A stretch of 60,603 nt of DNA, counting the filler, from Sandaracinaceae bacterium (lineage in GTDB: Bacteria; Myxococcota_A; Polyangia; Polyangiales; JADJQN01): NCBI GenBank assembly GCA_947483975.1. It is 4 parts of 4 records of this genome, joined end to end, with 100 filler letters (N's around TTAATTAATTAA, not from the genome) between each part and the next. Parts side by side here need not be neighbours in the genome. Positions count along the whole stretch, not along the records: positions 1 to 15,108 come from CANKOL010000098.1; 3 more parts are not named here. The stretch is one strand, 5' to 3'. Below, one piece after another: positions 1 to 10,212 of the stretch (its first letter is position 1; every line of letters begins with the position of its first letter). A program made the position numbers and the translations under genes. Below the pieces are notes generated by a model that was not told where the DNA came from, did not search any database, and saw only the letters and a list, made by a program, of their open reading frames with translations.

Positions 1-1143
1 ATGGCGCACCGCGCTCGCGCCCTGATCCACGCCGGCCGCGCCGAGCGCGCGCTGCCGTCGCCCGAGGTCGGCGTGCAGCTGACGAACTTGCCGCTGACGC
101 GCCCCTACGCGCTCGGCGAGGCGAGCATGTACATGGTCGAGCTGCAGCAGCGCTTCCCCGTCGCCGCCGCGCTCGACGCGCGCGCCCGGGCGATGTCGGA
201 AGAGGCGCGCGCCGCGCTCGCGGAGCTCACGACCGAAGAGCGGATGACGGCGCAGCGCGCGGCCGACGCCTTCGCCTCGTACGTGCAGGGCGAGCAAGAG
301 CGGGCCGTCGAGGCGCAGCAGCTCGTGCTGCTCGAGCGGATGGCCGCCGCGATACGCGCGCGGTACTCGACGGGCGGGGCTGCGCTCGCCGACGCACCGC
401 GCCTCGAGCTCGAGCTCGCCAAGACGCGCCGGGCCATCGCGCGCAGCGAGGGCGACGTCGCGCAGGCCCGCGCTGCGCTCAACGCGCTCCTCCGCCGAGC
501 GTCGACGGCACCCCTCGCAGTCCCGCCCGAGTCGCCGCCGGAGACGGTGCGCCTCAGCGAGGACGAGCTGCTGAGGCGCGCGGACGCGAACCGAGGCACG
601 GCCCTCGCCGCCGACGCGCGACTCCGCGGCGCGCGCGCGCGTCAAGCTGCCGCCGACGCCGAGGCGCGTGTGCCCGAGGTCATGGTGGGGCTCGGCTACT
701 ACCAAGATCCGCAGATGCGCCCGGGCTTCGGCGCGACGTTCTCCATGTCGCTGCCGTGGCTCTGGGGCGCCCAAGTCGAGCGCTCAGCTCAAGCTCGAGA
801 GGAGGTCGCTGCCGAGCTCTCGACTCGCGACGCCGCCGACGTCGACGCGCACTCCGAGATCAGCGCGGCGCGCGCGCGCCTGGCGAGCTCGGAGAACCAG
901 CTCGCAGTGGTGAACACGCAGGCGCTGCCTGCGGCGCGCCGCGCCATCGACGCGCTCAGCGCCGGCTACGTCACGGGCGGCGTCACGCTGCTCGAGTGGG
1001 TCGACGCGGCGCGCGAGGTGCTCGAGTTCGAGCTCGAACGAGTCGCCCTCAGCGCGGAACTCGCGCACTCCCTCGCAGAGCTCGAGCGCGCGGTCGGTGC
1101 GCCACTCCCACGCGTTTCGCTGACCGACGAGGAGCGCCCATGA
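1..1143 (+). CDS. TolC-family outer membrane factor (CusC/CzcC-like), probably 5'-truncated at window start
   Basis: Ala/Arg-rich helical OEP-type repeats, C-terminal 'AGYVTGGVTLLEWVDA...AELERAVG' typical of heavy-metal TolC proteins; first gene of an MFP-RND operon; no signal peptide visible. Confidence 0.85.
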   Translation: MAHRARALIHAGRAERALPSPEVGVQLTNLPLTRPYALGEASMYMVELQQRFPVAAALDARARAMSEEARAALAELTTEERMTAQRAADAFASYVQGEQERAVEAQQLVLLERMAAAIRARYSTGGAALADAPRLELELAKTRRAIARSEGDVAQARAALNALLRRASTAPLAVPPESPPETVRLSEDELLRRADANRGTALAADARLRGARARQAAADAEARVPEVMVGLGYYQDPQMRPGFGATFSMSLPWLWGAQVERSAQAREEVAAELSTRDAADVDAHSEISAARARLASSENQLAVVNTQALPAARRAIDALSAGYVTGGVTLLEWVDAAREVLEFELERVALSAELAHSLAELERAVGAPLPRVSLTDEERP

Positions 1144-2453
1144 CCACGACGCACGTAGTTCGCGGACTCGGCATCATGGCGGTCGTCCGCTGGGTCTTGC
1201 TCGCGCTCGTGACGGCGCTCGCCGCCTACACGGTGTGGACGTTCTGGGGCCCCGACGCGGCCTCCCGCGTCGAGGTTGGCGCGGACCGCTTCTATTGCTC
1301 GATGCACCCGCAGGTCCGGTCCCACAACCCCGGCGTCTGCCCGATCTGCCACATGGATCTCGTGCCGATTCCAGCGGAACTCCTCTCAGGCGCTGCCCCG
1401 CACACCCACGCTTCTGCGCCGGACGCCCGGCTCAGCGACGTCGCGCCGGTCTCGCTCTCCGCCGAACAACAGCGGCTGATCGGCCTCTCGACGACCGTCG
1501 TCGTGCGCGCGTCCCTCGGCGATCGCCTGCGAGTCCCAGGCGTCGTGAGCGCGCCAGAGTCGGGCTTCGCAGAGGTGCGCGTGCGCGCGTCCGGCTTCGT
1601 CGAGCGCGTCGCCGTGCGACAGACCGGCGTGCGCGTCGCGCGCGGGCAGATCCTCGCGTGGGTCTACAGCCCCGAGGTCTACCGCGCAGAGGAGGAGTTC
1701 CTGGCCCTGACGCGCTGGAATCAGGGCGCGTCCACGGCCCCACCCTCCACTGGCACCAACGACCTCGCGCCCGCCGCTCGACGCGGACTCGAGCTGCTCG
1801 GGCTCAGCACCACGGATATCGCCGAACTCACGCGCACTGGCCAGCCGATTCGCGCCATCCCCGTGCGGGCGCCGAGCGCGGGATATGTGACGCGCTTCAA
1901 CGCCGTCCTCGGCTCGCGCGCGGAGCCAGAGACAGCCCTCTACGAGCTCGCGGATCTCTCGACCGTGTGGGTCATCGCGAGCGTGCACGAGCAAGACGTC
2001 GCGCAGGTGCGTGTGGGCATGACCGCACGCTTCGCGGTCACGGGTCAGCCGGGCGTGCCCCTCGACGCGCGCGTCGAACTCCTTCAGCCGACGCTCGATG
2101 AGAGCACCCGCACGAGCCAGGTGCGCCTCGCCTTGCCGAACCCCGGGTTGTCGCTGCGACCCGGCCAATACGGCGAGGTGAGCTTCGAACTCCCCGCGAC
2201 CGAGGGGCTGCTCGTGCCCCGCGATGCGGTGATTCACACGGGTGAACACGAGTACGTCTACGTCGCCACGGGCGACGCCGACTTCGAGCCGCGCCTCGTT
2301 CGCACCGGCGTCACGGTCGACGCGCAGGTGCACGTCCTCGAAGGGCTCGCCGCAGGCGACCGCGTCGTGTCGCGCGGCAGCTTCATGCTCGACTCCGAGA
2401 GTCGCCTCCAAGCCTCCCTCGCCGCCGCGCCCGCCCCCGCAGGAACCCCATGA
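1140..2453 (+). CDS. cusB: CusB-like RND periplasmic adaptor with N-terminal heavy-metal-binding domain
   Basis: ATG 1140 overlaps upstream stop (ATGA); TM anchor; 'YCSMHPQ..PGVCPICHMDLVP' metal-binding motif; MFP motifs 'LYELADLSTVWV', 'LRPGQYG', 'GSFMLDSESRL'. Confidence 0.88.
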   Translation: MTTTHVVRGLGIMAVVRWVLLALVTALAAYTVWTFWGPDAASRVEVGADRFYCSMHPQVRSHNPGVCPICHMDLVPIPAELLSGAAPHTHASAPDARLSDVAPVSLSAEQQRLIGLSTTVVVRASLGDRLRVPGVVSAPESGFAEVRVRASGFVERVAVRQTGVRVARGQILAWVYSPEVYRAEEEFLALTRWNQGASTAPPSTGTNDLAPAARRGLELLGLSTTDIAELTRTGQPIRAIPVRAPSAGYVTRFNAVLGSRAEPETALYELADLSTVWVIASVHEQDVAQVRVGMTARFAVTGQPGVPLDARVELLQPTLDESTRTSQVRLALPNPGLSLRPGQYGEVSFELPATEGLLVPRDAVIHTGEHEYVYVATGDADFEPRLVRTGVTVDAQVHVLEGLAAGDRVVSRGSFMLDSESRLQASLAAAPAPAGTP

Positions 2454-5400
2454 TCGGCTGGCTGATCGACGCCTCCGCGCGCAACCGCGGACTCGTGCTC
2501 TTCGCAGGACTCGCGCTCGGCATCGCGGGCATCACGGCGATGCGCAACGTGAAGCTCGACGCGACGCCGGACCTCTCGGATCCGCAGGTGATCGTCTTCA
2601 CCGAGTGGATGGGACGCTCTCCCACGCTCGTCGAGGATCAGGTCACCTATCCGCTCGTCACGGCCCTGCTCGGCGCGCCCCACGTCGTCGACGTGCGCGG
2701 TCAGACGATGTTCGGGATGAGCTTCGTCTATGTCGTGTTCGAGGAGGGGACCGACCTCTATTGGGCGCGCTCCCGCGTGCTCGAATACCTCAACACCGTC
2801 CAAGGCCGGTTACCCGCGGACGCCAAGACGCGCATCGGCCCCGACGCGACGGGCATCGGCTGGGTGTACCAATACGCGCTGGTCGACCACACGGGTCATC
2901 ACGACGTAGGCGACTTGCGCGCCCTACAGGACTTCTCCCTCCGCTACGCGCTGACGAGCGTGCCCGGCGTCGCGGAGGTGCCCGCCGTCGGGGGCTACGA
3001 GCAGCAGTATCAACTCACCGTCGACCCGCTGCGCCTGCGCAACTTCGGTCTGACCGTGTCGGAGGTCGTCAGCGCCGTTCGCCGGTCCAACGACGACGTC
3101 GGGGCGCGCGTGCTCGAGATGTCCGAGCGCGAGTACTTCGTGCGCGGGCGCGGCTATCTCACGCGCGCCGCCGATCTCGAGAGCGTCGTGATTCGGGCGG
3201 TGCGCGGCACTCCTGTGCTCGTGCGCGACATCGGCAACGTGACGATGGGCGGCGATATCCGCCGCGGCGCGGCCGACCTCGACGGTCGCGGAGAGACGGT
3301 GTCCGGCATCATCGTCATGCGGTATGGGGAGAACGCGCTCGACGTGATCAAGCGCGTAGAAGCCAAGCTCGACGAGCTGCGACCGACGCTCCCCGAGGGC
3401 GTCGAGGTCGTCCCCGTCTACAGCCGCGCAGGTCTCATCCAACGCGCGATTGACACCCTCGAGCACGCGCTCGCCGAGGAGATGATCGTCGTCGCGCTCG
3501 TGATCCTGCTGTTCTTGCTGCACGCCCGCAGCGCGCTCCTGCCGATCATCTCGCTCCCGCTCGCGGTCGCGGCGGCGTTCATCCCGATGTACTTCCTCGG
3601 GATCCCGGCGACGATCATGTCGCTCGGCGGCATCGCCATCGCGATAGGCGCCACGGTCGACGCCGAGATCGTGATGGTCGAGGCGGCGCACAAGAAGCTC
3701 GAGCACGCGCCCGCGAACCTCAGCAGCAAGGAGCGTGAGCGTCTGTTGGCGGAGGCCGCGCGCGAGGTCACTCCCGCCATCTTCTTCTCACTGCTGATCA
3801 TCGCCGTGTCGTTCCTGCCGGTATTCGGTCTCACGGGGCAAGCGGGGCGCCTCTTCCGCCCCCTCGCGTACATGAAGACCTTCGTGATGCTCTCGGCGGC
3901 GCTCCTCTCGGTCACCGTCGCGCCCGCGCTCCGCGACTACCTGATTCGCGGCAAGATCTTCTCCGAGGATAGACACCCCGTCTCGCGCCTGATTCGCAGC
4001 GTGTACGAGCCCTTCGTGCACGTCGCGCTGCACAAGCCGAAGACCACCGTGCTGATCGGCCTGATGGCGCTCGTCTCCGCGCTGCCCATCGCGCAGCGCC
4101 TCGGCTCGGAGTTCATGCCGCCCCTCGACGAGGGCGACATCCTCTACATGCCGACGACCTTCCCCAACATCTCCATCGAGGAGGCGCGCACGCAACTGCG
4201 TCGGCAGGACGGCATTCTGCGCAGCTTCCCGGAGGTGCTCTCGGTGCTCGGCAAGGTCGGGCGCGCCGACACTCCGACGGATCCTGCGCCCCTGTCGATG
4301 GTCGAGACCGTCGTGCGCCTGAAGCCCCACGAGCAGTGGCGCACGAAGTACGTGCGGCGCTGGTATGTCGGCACGACGCCCGTGTTTCTGCGCCCATTGC
4401 TCAACTGGGTACAGCCCGAGTTCGTCGTGATGTCTCGCGAGGATCTCGTGCAGGAGATGAACGAACGACTCCGCATGCCCGGCTGGACGAACGCGTTCAC
4501 CCAGCCGATCCGCAATCGAGTGGATATGCTCTCGACGGGCATTCGCACGCCCGTCGGCATCAAGATCTACGGCACCGACCTCCAGCAGATTCAGCAGGTC
4601 GGGGAGGCCCTCGAGCGCGTCGTGAACGTGGTCCCCGGCACGCGCAGCGTCCTCTTCGAGCGCTCCGTCGGCGGCCTCTACGTCGACGTCGTCCCGAACC
4701 GCGAGCAGCTCGCGCGGTACGGGTTGCAGGTCGCCGACGTCAACGACGTGCTGGGGTCCGCGCTCGGCGGCGTCCCCGTGACGACGACGATCGAGGGGCG
4801 CAATCGCTTCACCGTCAACGTGCGCTATGCGCAGGACTTCCGCACCAGCCTCGACGCGGTGCGCGACGTGCTCATTCCGCTGCCGGCGGGGATGGCGCCG
4901 CCGGCCAACGATCCGTCAGCGATGGGCGGCGCTGCGCCCCCGTCGAGCGCCGCGCCGCCGGGGCAGATACCGCTGAGCGCCGTCGCAGACGTTCGGGTCG
5001 CGTCGGGACCACCGATGATCCGTGACGAGGCGGGGCTCCTCGTCGGCTACGTCTACGTCGATCTCGCGACTGACCGCGACGTCGGCACCTACGTCGACGA
5101 GGCGAAGGCCGCTGTGGAGGCGGCGCGCGCGCGCGGCGAGCTGCGGATTCCGTCGGGCTACTACCTCAAGTGGACTGGCCAGTACGAGCTCCTCTCGGAC
5201 ATGGAAGCTCGCATGAAATTCCTGATCCCGATCGCGCTGCTGATCACGATCGTGCTCCTGTATCTGCAGTTCAAGAGCTTCACCGAGGTGCTGATCGTGC
5301 TGCTCTCGGTGCCCTTCGCGCTCGTCGGCAGCGTGTGGGCGCTCTGGCTGCTGCACTACAACTTGTCTACGGCGGTCTGGGTCGGAGTGATCGCCCTCGT

Positions 5401-6040
5401 CGGCCTCGCCGCGCAGACGGGCGTCGTGATGATCGTCTACATCGATCACGCCTACGAGCGACGGTTGCTCGCCGGCAAGATCAACTCGCTGGAGGACATC
5501 ATCGAGGCCCACGCCGAAGGGACGATCCAGCGCGTTCGCCCGAAGCTGATGACCGTCGGCACGATGCTGTTCGGCCTGGTCCCGCTGCTCTGGGCGCAGG
5601 GCAGCGGCGCCGACGTGATGAAGCGGATCGCTGCGCCGATGGTTGGCGGCTTGGTGACGAGCGCGTTCCTCACGCTCGAGATCATCCCGGTCATTTACAC
5701 GTATTGGCGCAACGAGCAGCTACTCTGGCGCAAGCTCACGCGCGTCTCGGAGAATCTCCTCGAGGCGCTGCAGGCGGAGGTCCTCGTGCTGAAGGTCGCC
5801 GGCGGCATCGCGGTCGTGGCGCTCGTCGCGCGCCTCTACCTGACCTCACCACCGCCCCTCGTGACCCTGACTCCGCTGGTCGCGGGAGCGATCGGACTCC
5901 TGGCGACCGCGGTCTATGTGTTGACGCGACAGCGCGCGCGACGCCTCGTCGCGGCTGCCGAAGCCGCAGTCGCGCCCGAAGCGACGGTCGAACGAGAACC
6001 CACGGATACCGCCCCTCCCACGGAAGGAACCTCTCCATGA
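2450..6040 (+). CDS. cusA: CusA-type Cu(I)/Ag(I) heavy-metal efflux RND permease
   Basis: 'DATPDLSDPQVIV', 'GPDATGIGWVYQY', Met triad equivalents (LYMPT, PLSMVET, VDMLSTG), 'RVRPKLMT', 'MKRIAAPMVGG'. Confidence 0.93.
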   Translation: MIGWLIDASARNRGLVLFAGLALGIAGITAMRNVKLDATPDLSDPQVIVFTEWMGRSPTLVEDQVTYPLVTALLGAPHVVDVRGQTMFGMSFVYVVFEEGTDLYWARSRVLEYLNTVQGRLPADAKTRIGPDATGIGWVYQYALVDHTGHHDVGDLRALQDFSLRYALTSVPGVAEVPAVGGYEQQYQLTVDPLRLRNFGLTVSEVVSAVRRSNDDVGARVLEMSEREYFVRGRGYLTRAADLESVVIRAVRGTPVLVRDIGNVTMGGDIRRGAADLDGRGETVSGIIVMRYGENALDVIKRVEAKLDELRPTLPEGVEVVPVYSRAGLIQRAIDTLEHALAEEMIVVALVILLFLLHARSALLPIISLPLAVAAAFIPMYFLGIPATIMSLGGIAIAIGATVDAEIVMVEAAHKKLEHAPANLSSKERERLLAEAAREVTPAIFFSLLIIAVSFLPVFGLTGQAGRLFRPLAYMKTFVMLSAALLSVTVAPALRDYLIRGKIFSEDRHPVSRLIRSVYEPFVHVALHKPKTTVLIGLMALVSALPIAQRLGSEFMPPLDEGDILYMPTTFPNISIEEARTQLRRQDGILRSFPEVLSVLGKVGRADTPTDPAPLSMVETVVRLKPHEQWRTKYVRRWYVGTTPVFLRPLLNWVQPEFVVMSREDLVQEMNERLRMPGWTNAFTQPIRNRVDMLSTGIRTPVGIKIYGTDLQQIQQVGEALERVVNVVPGTRSVLFERSVGGLYVDVVPNREQLARYGLQVADVNDVLGSALGGVPVTTTIEGRNRFTVNVRYAQDFRTSLDAVRDVLIPLPAGMAPPANDPSAMGGAAPPSSAAPPGQIPLSAVADVRVASGPPMIRDEAGLLVGYVYVDLATDRDVGTYVDEAKAAVEAARARGELRIPSGYYLKWTGQYELLSDMEARMKFLIPIALLITIVLLYLQFKSFTEVLIVLLSVPFALVGSVWALWLLHYNLSTAVWVGVIALVGLAAQTGVVMIVYIDHAYERRLLAGKINSLEDIIEAHAEGTIQRVRPKLMTVGTMLFGLVPLLWAQGSGADVMKRIAAPMVGGLVTSAFLTLEIIPVIYTYWRNEQLLWRKLTRVSENLLEALQAEVLVLKVAGGIAVVALVARLYLTSPPPLVTLTPLVAGAIGLLATAVYVLTRQRARRLVAAAEAAVAPEATVEREPTDTAPPTEGTSP

Positions 6041-6393
6041 AGCGACTGATTCTCGGTGGATTGCTCGGCCTCCTCGCGGCGACGTCCGCCTGTACGGGCA
6101 AAGCGAGCGAGTCTGCGCCTCGGGCAGGAGGGCCGGTGTTCGCCATCACGGTCGACGCGAGCGGCTTTCATCCCGACAGCGTCCGCGCCCCGGCCAACAG
6201 CCCCACACGCTTGGTGTTCACGCGCGTATCGGACGAGGGCTGTGGCCAGCAGCTGATCTTTCCGACGCTCGATATCCGGAGGGATCTCCCGCTCAACACG
6301 GCGGTCCCGGTCGATTTCACGATGCCCGCGTCGGGCAGCGTCGCGTTCACGTGCGGCATGAACATGCTGCGCGGGTCGGTGGTGGTGCAGTGA
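6037..6393 (+). CDS. Cupredoxin-domain lipoprotein (CupA-like copper-binding protein)
   Basis: ATG 6037 overlaps cusA stop; lipobox-like 'LLAATSAC'; 'GFHPDSVRAP', 'EGCG', 'FTCGMNMLRG' cupredoxin motifs; 118 aa. Confidence 0.82.
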   Translation: MKRLILGGLLGLLAATSACTGKASESAPRAGGPVFAITVDASGFHPDSVRAPANSPTRLVFTRVSDEGCGQQLIFPTLDIRRDLPLNTAVPVDFTMPASGSVAFTCGMNMLRGSVVVQ

Positions 6394-6473
6394 GAAGACA
6401 CCGCCCAAGGTGAGCGTGGGCCTATCCAGAGGAACGCGCTGCGGCGGCGAGGGGCGCCGCAGCCCGGTGTTGC

Positions 6474-7982
6474 TCAGAACCGATACGTCGCGCCGAGCGA
6501 GAACACGTCGAAGCGCGCGGAATACGTGCCCTGATTGATGACCTCACCCGCGCCGAGCGCGATCTGCCGGAGTCCCTCGGTGTCCGTCGCGGTGGAGGTG
6601 ATATCCGCCTGGAAGATGTGCTGATAGGCGAGCGAGAGATCGAGCTTGCCGAGGCGCAGCGTCGCGCCGCCGCCGACGCCGATGCGCTCACCCGGGATGA
6701 AGTCGAGTTGCGCAAAGCGATTGTCGACGCCGCTCGTCTCGTAGGAGACGCCCGCGCGGACGGCGAGCGTGCCGGGGAGCACGTTGAAGTCGCCGCCGAG
6801 GCGGAGCGAGAGCTGATTTTGCCACTTGTGGCCCAGGTGAATCGGGCTCGGGAGCGGGGAGAGCCCAACTCCGGGGATCTCCGCTTTGGGGTTCTCGGGG
6901 AGCGTCACGACGAAGTCGTTCACCCGGTTGTTGAGCTCGTAGACGGCATCGAACTCGACGTCGAAGAGCTCGGTGTTCATGCGGTCATAGGTCTCGCCGC
7001 GCAGGCTCTCTTGCGCCGCGTCCGTGATCGGAGCGCCGCTGTGCCGACGGTGCCCGTACCGCGCGCCGAAGCTGAGGGCGCCAGTCTGCGGCGCGACGAG
7101 GCGCACGTCGTGGAGCGTCGTGACCGAATTGACCGTCGCGGGATCATCGAACACGAGCGCGGTGATCGCGACGTCGCCGCGCGCCTTGACGTTGTCGACC
7201 CAGCGGAAGCCGAGCATGAAGTCGAGGCTCGGCGTCGGGCGGAGCGCCACCGAACCGATCACCGCGGGCGTGAAGTAGTCGGCCACGGTGATGTCGGCGC
7301 GGAGGTCCTGGAGGGGATCGGTGCCCGGCTGCGTCGCCGCGTTGTTCGTATAGGAGATGTGCGTGAGGCCCCACTGGAACGTCGCGCCGACGGCGAGCCA
7401 CGGAGTCACACGATAGCCAACACCCACCGACGGGAAGACCTGCAGCAGGTTCTGCTGAATCAGGTTGTAGCGAACCGGCGAAGGGAGGGTCCCGTTCGCC
7501 ACGGTGCCGTCGAGCGCGCCGAAGCGAATCGCGCCCGCCGCGTAGGGCGTCAGCACGCCCGCGCCGAGCGTGAGTCCGTCGGCGAGGTGGAAGGTCGCGA
7601 CGAGCGAGGCACCGGGCGCGAAGGGCGTCTCGTTGCAGACCTCGGGGAATGCCTTGCCGATCCAGTCCGCAGAGCCGCCCGCGAACGAATAGACCGTGCG
7701 CGGATCGGAGTCGCCGATGTACGCGCCGGGGCGCGTGACGCACGCGTTGTAGAGCGCGACGTTCGCGTTGAGCATCAGCTGCGTGCCGCCGAGATCGGCG
7801 AGCAGCGCTGGATTCAGCTGCAACGCCATCGGATCGTCGGCGCGCGCCGCGAAGGCACCGCCTCGACCGGCTGCGCGCGTCCCCGCTCCGTTGTATTCGA
7901 GCCCGCCCGCTTGCGCGTTCGACGTGGCAAACGCGATCGAGAGAACGGCGAACATCCCGATGACGATCCGAGCTCGGCGCAT
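6474..7982 (-). CDS. FadL/TodX-family outer membrane transporter
   Basis: Signal peptide, N-terminal 'AAGRGGAFAARADDPMALQLNPA' hatch/NPA motif, beta-strands, C-terminal Phe. Confidence 0.85.
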   Translation of the reverse strand: MRRARIVIGMFAVLSIAFATSNAQAGGLEYNGAGTRAAGRGGAFAARADDPMALQLNPALLADLGGTQLMLNANVALYNACVTRPGAYIGDSDPRTVYSFAGGSADWIGKAFPEVCNETPFAPGASLVATFHLADGLTLGAGVLTPYAAGAIRFGALDGTVANGTLPSPVRYNLIQQNLLQVFPSVGVGYRVTPWLAVGATFQWGLTHISYTNNAATQPGTDPLQDLRADITVADYFTPAVIGSVALRPTPSLDFMLGFRWVDNVKARGDVAITALVFDDPATVNSVTTLHDVRLVAPQTGALSFGARYGHRRHSGAPITDAAQESLRGETYDRMNTELFDVEFDAVYELNNRVNDFVVTLPENPKAEIPGVGLSPLPSPIHLGHKWQNQLSLRLGGDFNVLPGTLAVRAGVSYETSGVDNRFAQLDFIPGERIGVGGGATLRLGKLDLSLAYQHIFQADITSTATDTEGLRQIALGAGEVINQGTYSARFDVFSLGATYRF

Positions 7983-8106
7983 GCACCCTCCTACGAGAAG
8001 ACCGCAGGATACCGGCGCAGGCGCTCACCCCGTTAGCGAAAGCGGATGACGCGGCGCGTCGAGCGCGCACATCGTTGCGCCGCCGCAAGCGCAGCGACGG
8101 CCGGCC

Positions 8107-9495
8107 TCAGCCGTCTTGTTGCTCTTCGCCGTACTGATCGTCGGCGAGATTGTCGAAGCGCGTATACGCGCTGAAGAACGCGCAACGCACCGTGCCCGTC
8201 GGGCCGGAGCGCTGCTTGCCGATGATCAGCTCCGCGACGCCGCGATCGAGGGTCTCCTTGTTGTAGACCTCGTCGCGGTACACGAAGATGATCGTGTCTG
8301 CGTCCTGCTCGATGGCGCCCGACTCACGGAGGTCCGCGAGGAGCGGGCGCTTGTCCTTCGTGCCGCGCGTCTCGACGCCACGGTTGAGCTGAGACAGCGC
8401 GATGATCGGCAGAGAGAGCTCCTTCGCGAGCCCCTTCAGCGACCGGCTGATCTCGCTGATCTCCTGCTCGCGCGAGTCCGTCTTCACGCCCGCGCGCATC
8501 AGCTGCAGGTAGTCGATGATGATCAGCCCGAGCCCCGCTTCGCTGCGCAAACGGCGCGATTTGGCGCGCAGCTCCATCAGCGTGAGGCCCGGAGTGTCGT
8601 CGATGTACATCGGCAGCTCACTGAGCACGCCGGCGGCGTTGGCGAGCGGGGGCCAGTCGTCGCGCGTCAATCGTCCCGTGCGCAGGCGACCCGCGTCGAC
8701 GCGCGCCTCGCTGCAGAGCATGCGCTTGGCGAGCTGCTCTTTGGGCATCTCGAGCGAGAACACGGCGACGGTCTTCTTGCTCGCGACGCAGGCGTTGATG
8801 CCGACGTTGAGCGCGAACGACGTCTTGCCCATGCCGGGGCGGCCGGCGACGATGATGAGATCGCCCGGGTGCATTCCCGCCGTCATGTTGTCGAGTCGGT
8901 CGAAGCCGCTCGGCAGGCCCGTGATGCGCTCCTTACGGCGCGCGGCCTCGGTGATCTGCTCGAAGCTGCGGAGCACGACGTCTTTGATGTGCTCGTAGGG
9001 GTGCCGGACGCGCTCCTTCGCGACGTCGAAGACGGCCTTCTCCGCGCCATCGAGGAAGCGCTCGATCTCGCCGTAGTCGCCGTAGCCCGTCGCCGCGACC
9101 TCGTGACAGGCGAGGATCAGGCGCCGCACGACGGCCTTCTCGCGGACGATACGCGCGTGTGCCTCGATGTTGGCGACCGTGGGGATCGTGTTGGTCAGCC
9201 CGAGCAGATACTCGTCGCCGCCAGCGAGCTGCAGCTTGCCCTTCGTGACGAGCCCGGACCGCACCGTGACCGTGTCGAGCGGCTCCCCGCGCCCATAGAG
9301 CTCCTGCATCACGCGGAAGAGCTCTTGGTGCCCGGCGGCGTAGAAGTCGTCGGCCGAGATCATCTCGAGCACGGTGTGCAGCGTGGTGTTGTCGAGCAGC
9401 ACGCCGCCGAGGACGGCGCGCTCCGCGTCGAGCGAGTGCGGCGGGACGCGACCCTCGCCAGTGCTCCGCGGGCGTTCGAAAGGCTGGTCGTCCAT
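8107..9495 (-). CDS. dnaB: Replicative DNA helicase
   Basis: 'PPHSLDAERAVLG', Walker A 'GRPGMGKT', 'IIIDYLQLM', 'SQLNR', 'DLRESGAIEQDAD'. Confidence 0.98.
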   Translation of the reverse strand: MDDQPFERPRSTGEGRVPPHSLDAERAVLGGVLLDNTTLHTVLEMISADDFYAAGHQELFRVMQELYGRGEPLDTVTVRSGLVTKGKLQLAGGDEYLLGLTNTIPTVANIEAHARIVREKAVVRRLILACHEVAATGYGDYGEIERFLDGAEKAVFDVAKERVRHPYEHIKDVVLRSFEQITEAARRKERITGLPSGFDRLDNMTAGMHPGDLIIVAGRPGMGKTSFALNVGINACVASKKTVAVFSLEMPKEQLAKRMLCSEARVDAGRLRTGRLTRDDWPPLANAAGVLSELPMYIDDTPGLTLMELRAKSRRLRSEAGLGLIIIDYLQLMRAGVKTDSREQEISEISRSLKGLAKELSLPIIALSQLNRGVETRGTKDKRPLLADLRESGAIEQDADTIIFVYRDEVYNKETLDRGVAELIIGKQRSGPTGTVRCAFFSAYTRFDNLADDQYGEEQQDG

Positions 9496-9558
9496 GGGCG
9501 GCGGAGGCTACGGCCAACGCGCCGCGATGTCATCCGCCGACGCGCGGAATGCTCGCGC

Positions 9559-10149
9559 TCAGCGCAGCAGCGTCGCGATGCGGAGCAGCGCGGGGTCGAG
9601 CCCGGCGCCCTCGGCGGCGGCGGCCGTCACGTTGACGACGAGGTGCAGCCGCGGCTCGGAGACGATCGCGACGGCGAGCCCGGCGTGCACGTCCTCCTCG
9701 CGGGAAGTCATCGTCAGCAGGGAAAGCGCGCGGGCCGTCTCGGCGACGGCGCTGACCGAGGCGTCGAGCGCGCCGCAGACGTAGACCGCCTGAAACCCGC
9801 GCGCTGCCGCAGTGAGCGACGCCCCAGACGAGAACGGATGCGCGGTCGCGTCGGTGTTCATCCCGGAGACCTTCACCGACCGCCCAAGCATCCCGATCGC
9901 GCGAGCCATCGCCTCGCAGCCCTCGCGCTCACCCGCGACCGACGGGCGGTACACGGCGAGCACCCTCACGCGGCCCTGCGGAGCGCGCGCGCGGAGCGTG
10001 CGGTCATACGACAGCACGCGCAGCACGAGCGCTGCCATCGCCGTGGGTGAGGCGCGGGTCTGCGCCACGGCAGGCGTGAGCGCCAGCGACGCCAACATGA
10101 GCACCGCGCCGACCATCGAGTGGACGGCGCGGTTCCCCGATCTGGTCAT
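9559..10149 (-). CDS. YfiR/DUF4154-family periplasmic protein
   Basis: Signal peptide; 'LRVLSYD', C-terminal 'LVVNVTAAAAEGAGLDPALLRIA' resembles YfiR; follows a TBDR. Confidence 0.72.
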   Translation of the reverse strand: MTRSGNRAVHSMVGAVLMLASLALTPAVAQTRASPTAMAALVLRVLSYDRTLRARAPQGRVRVLAVYRPSVAGEREGCEAMARAIGMLGRSVKVSGMNTDATAHPFSSGASLTAAARGFQAVYVCGALDASVSAVAETARALSLLTMTSREEDVHAGLAVAIVSEPRLHLVVNVTAAAAEGAGLDPALLRIATLLR

Positions 10150-10212
10150 GCACTACCAGCGTGGAACATTCACCGAAGCGTACGACGGATCACAGGTCCC
10201 TGTGAAGGGGCG

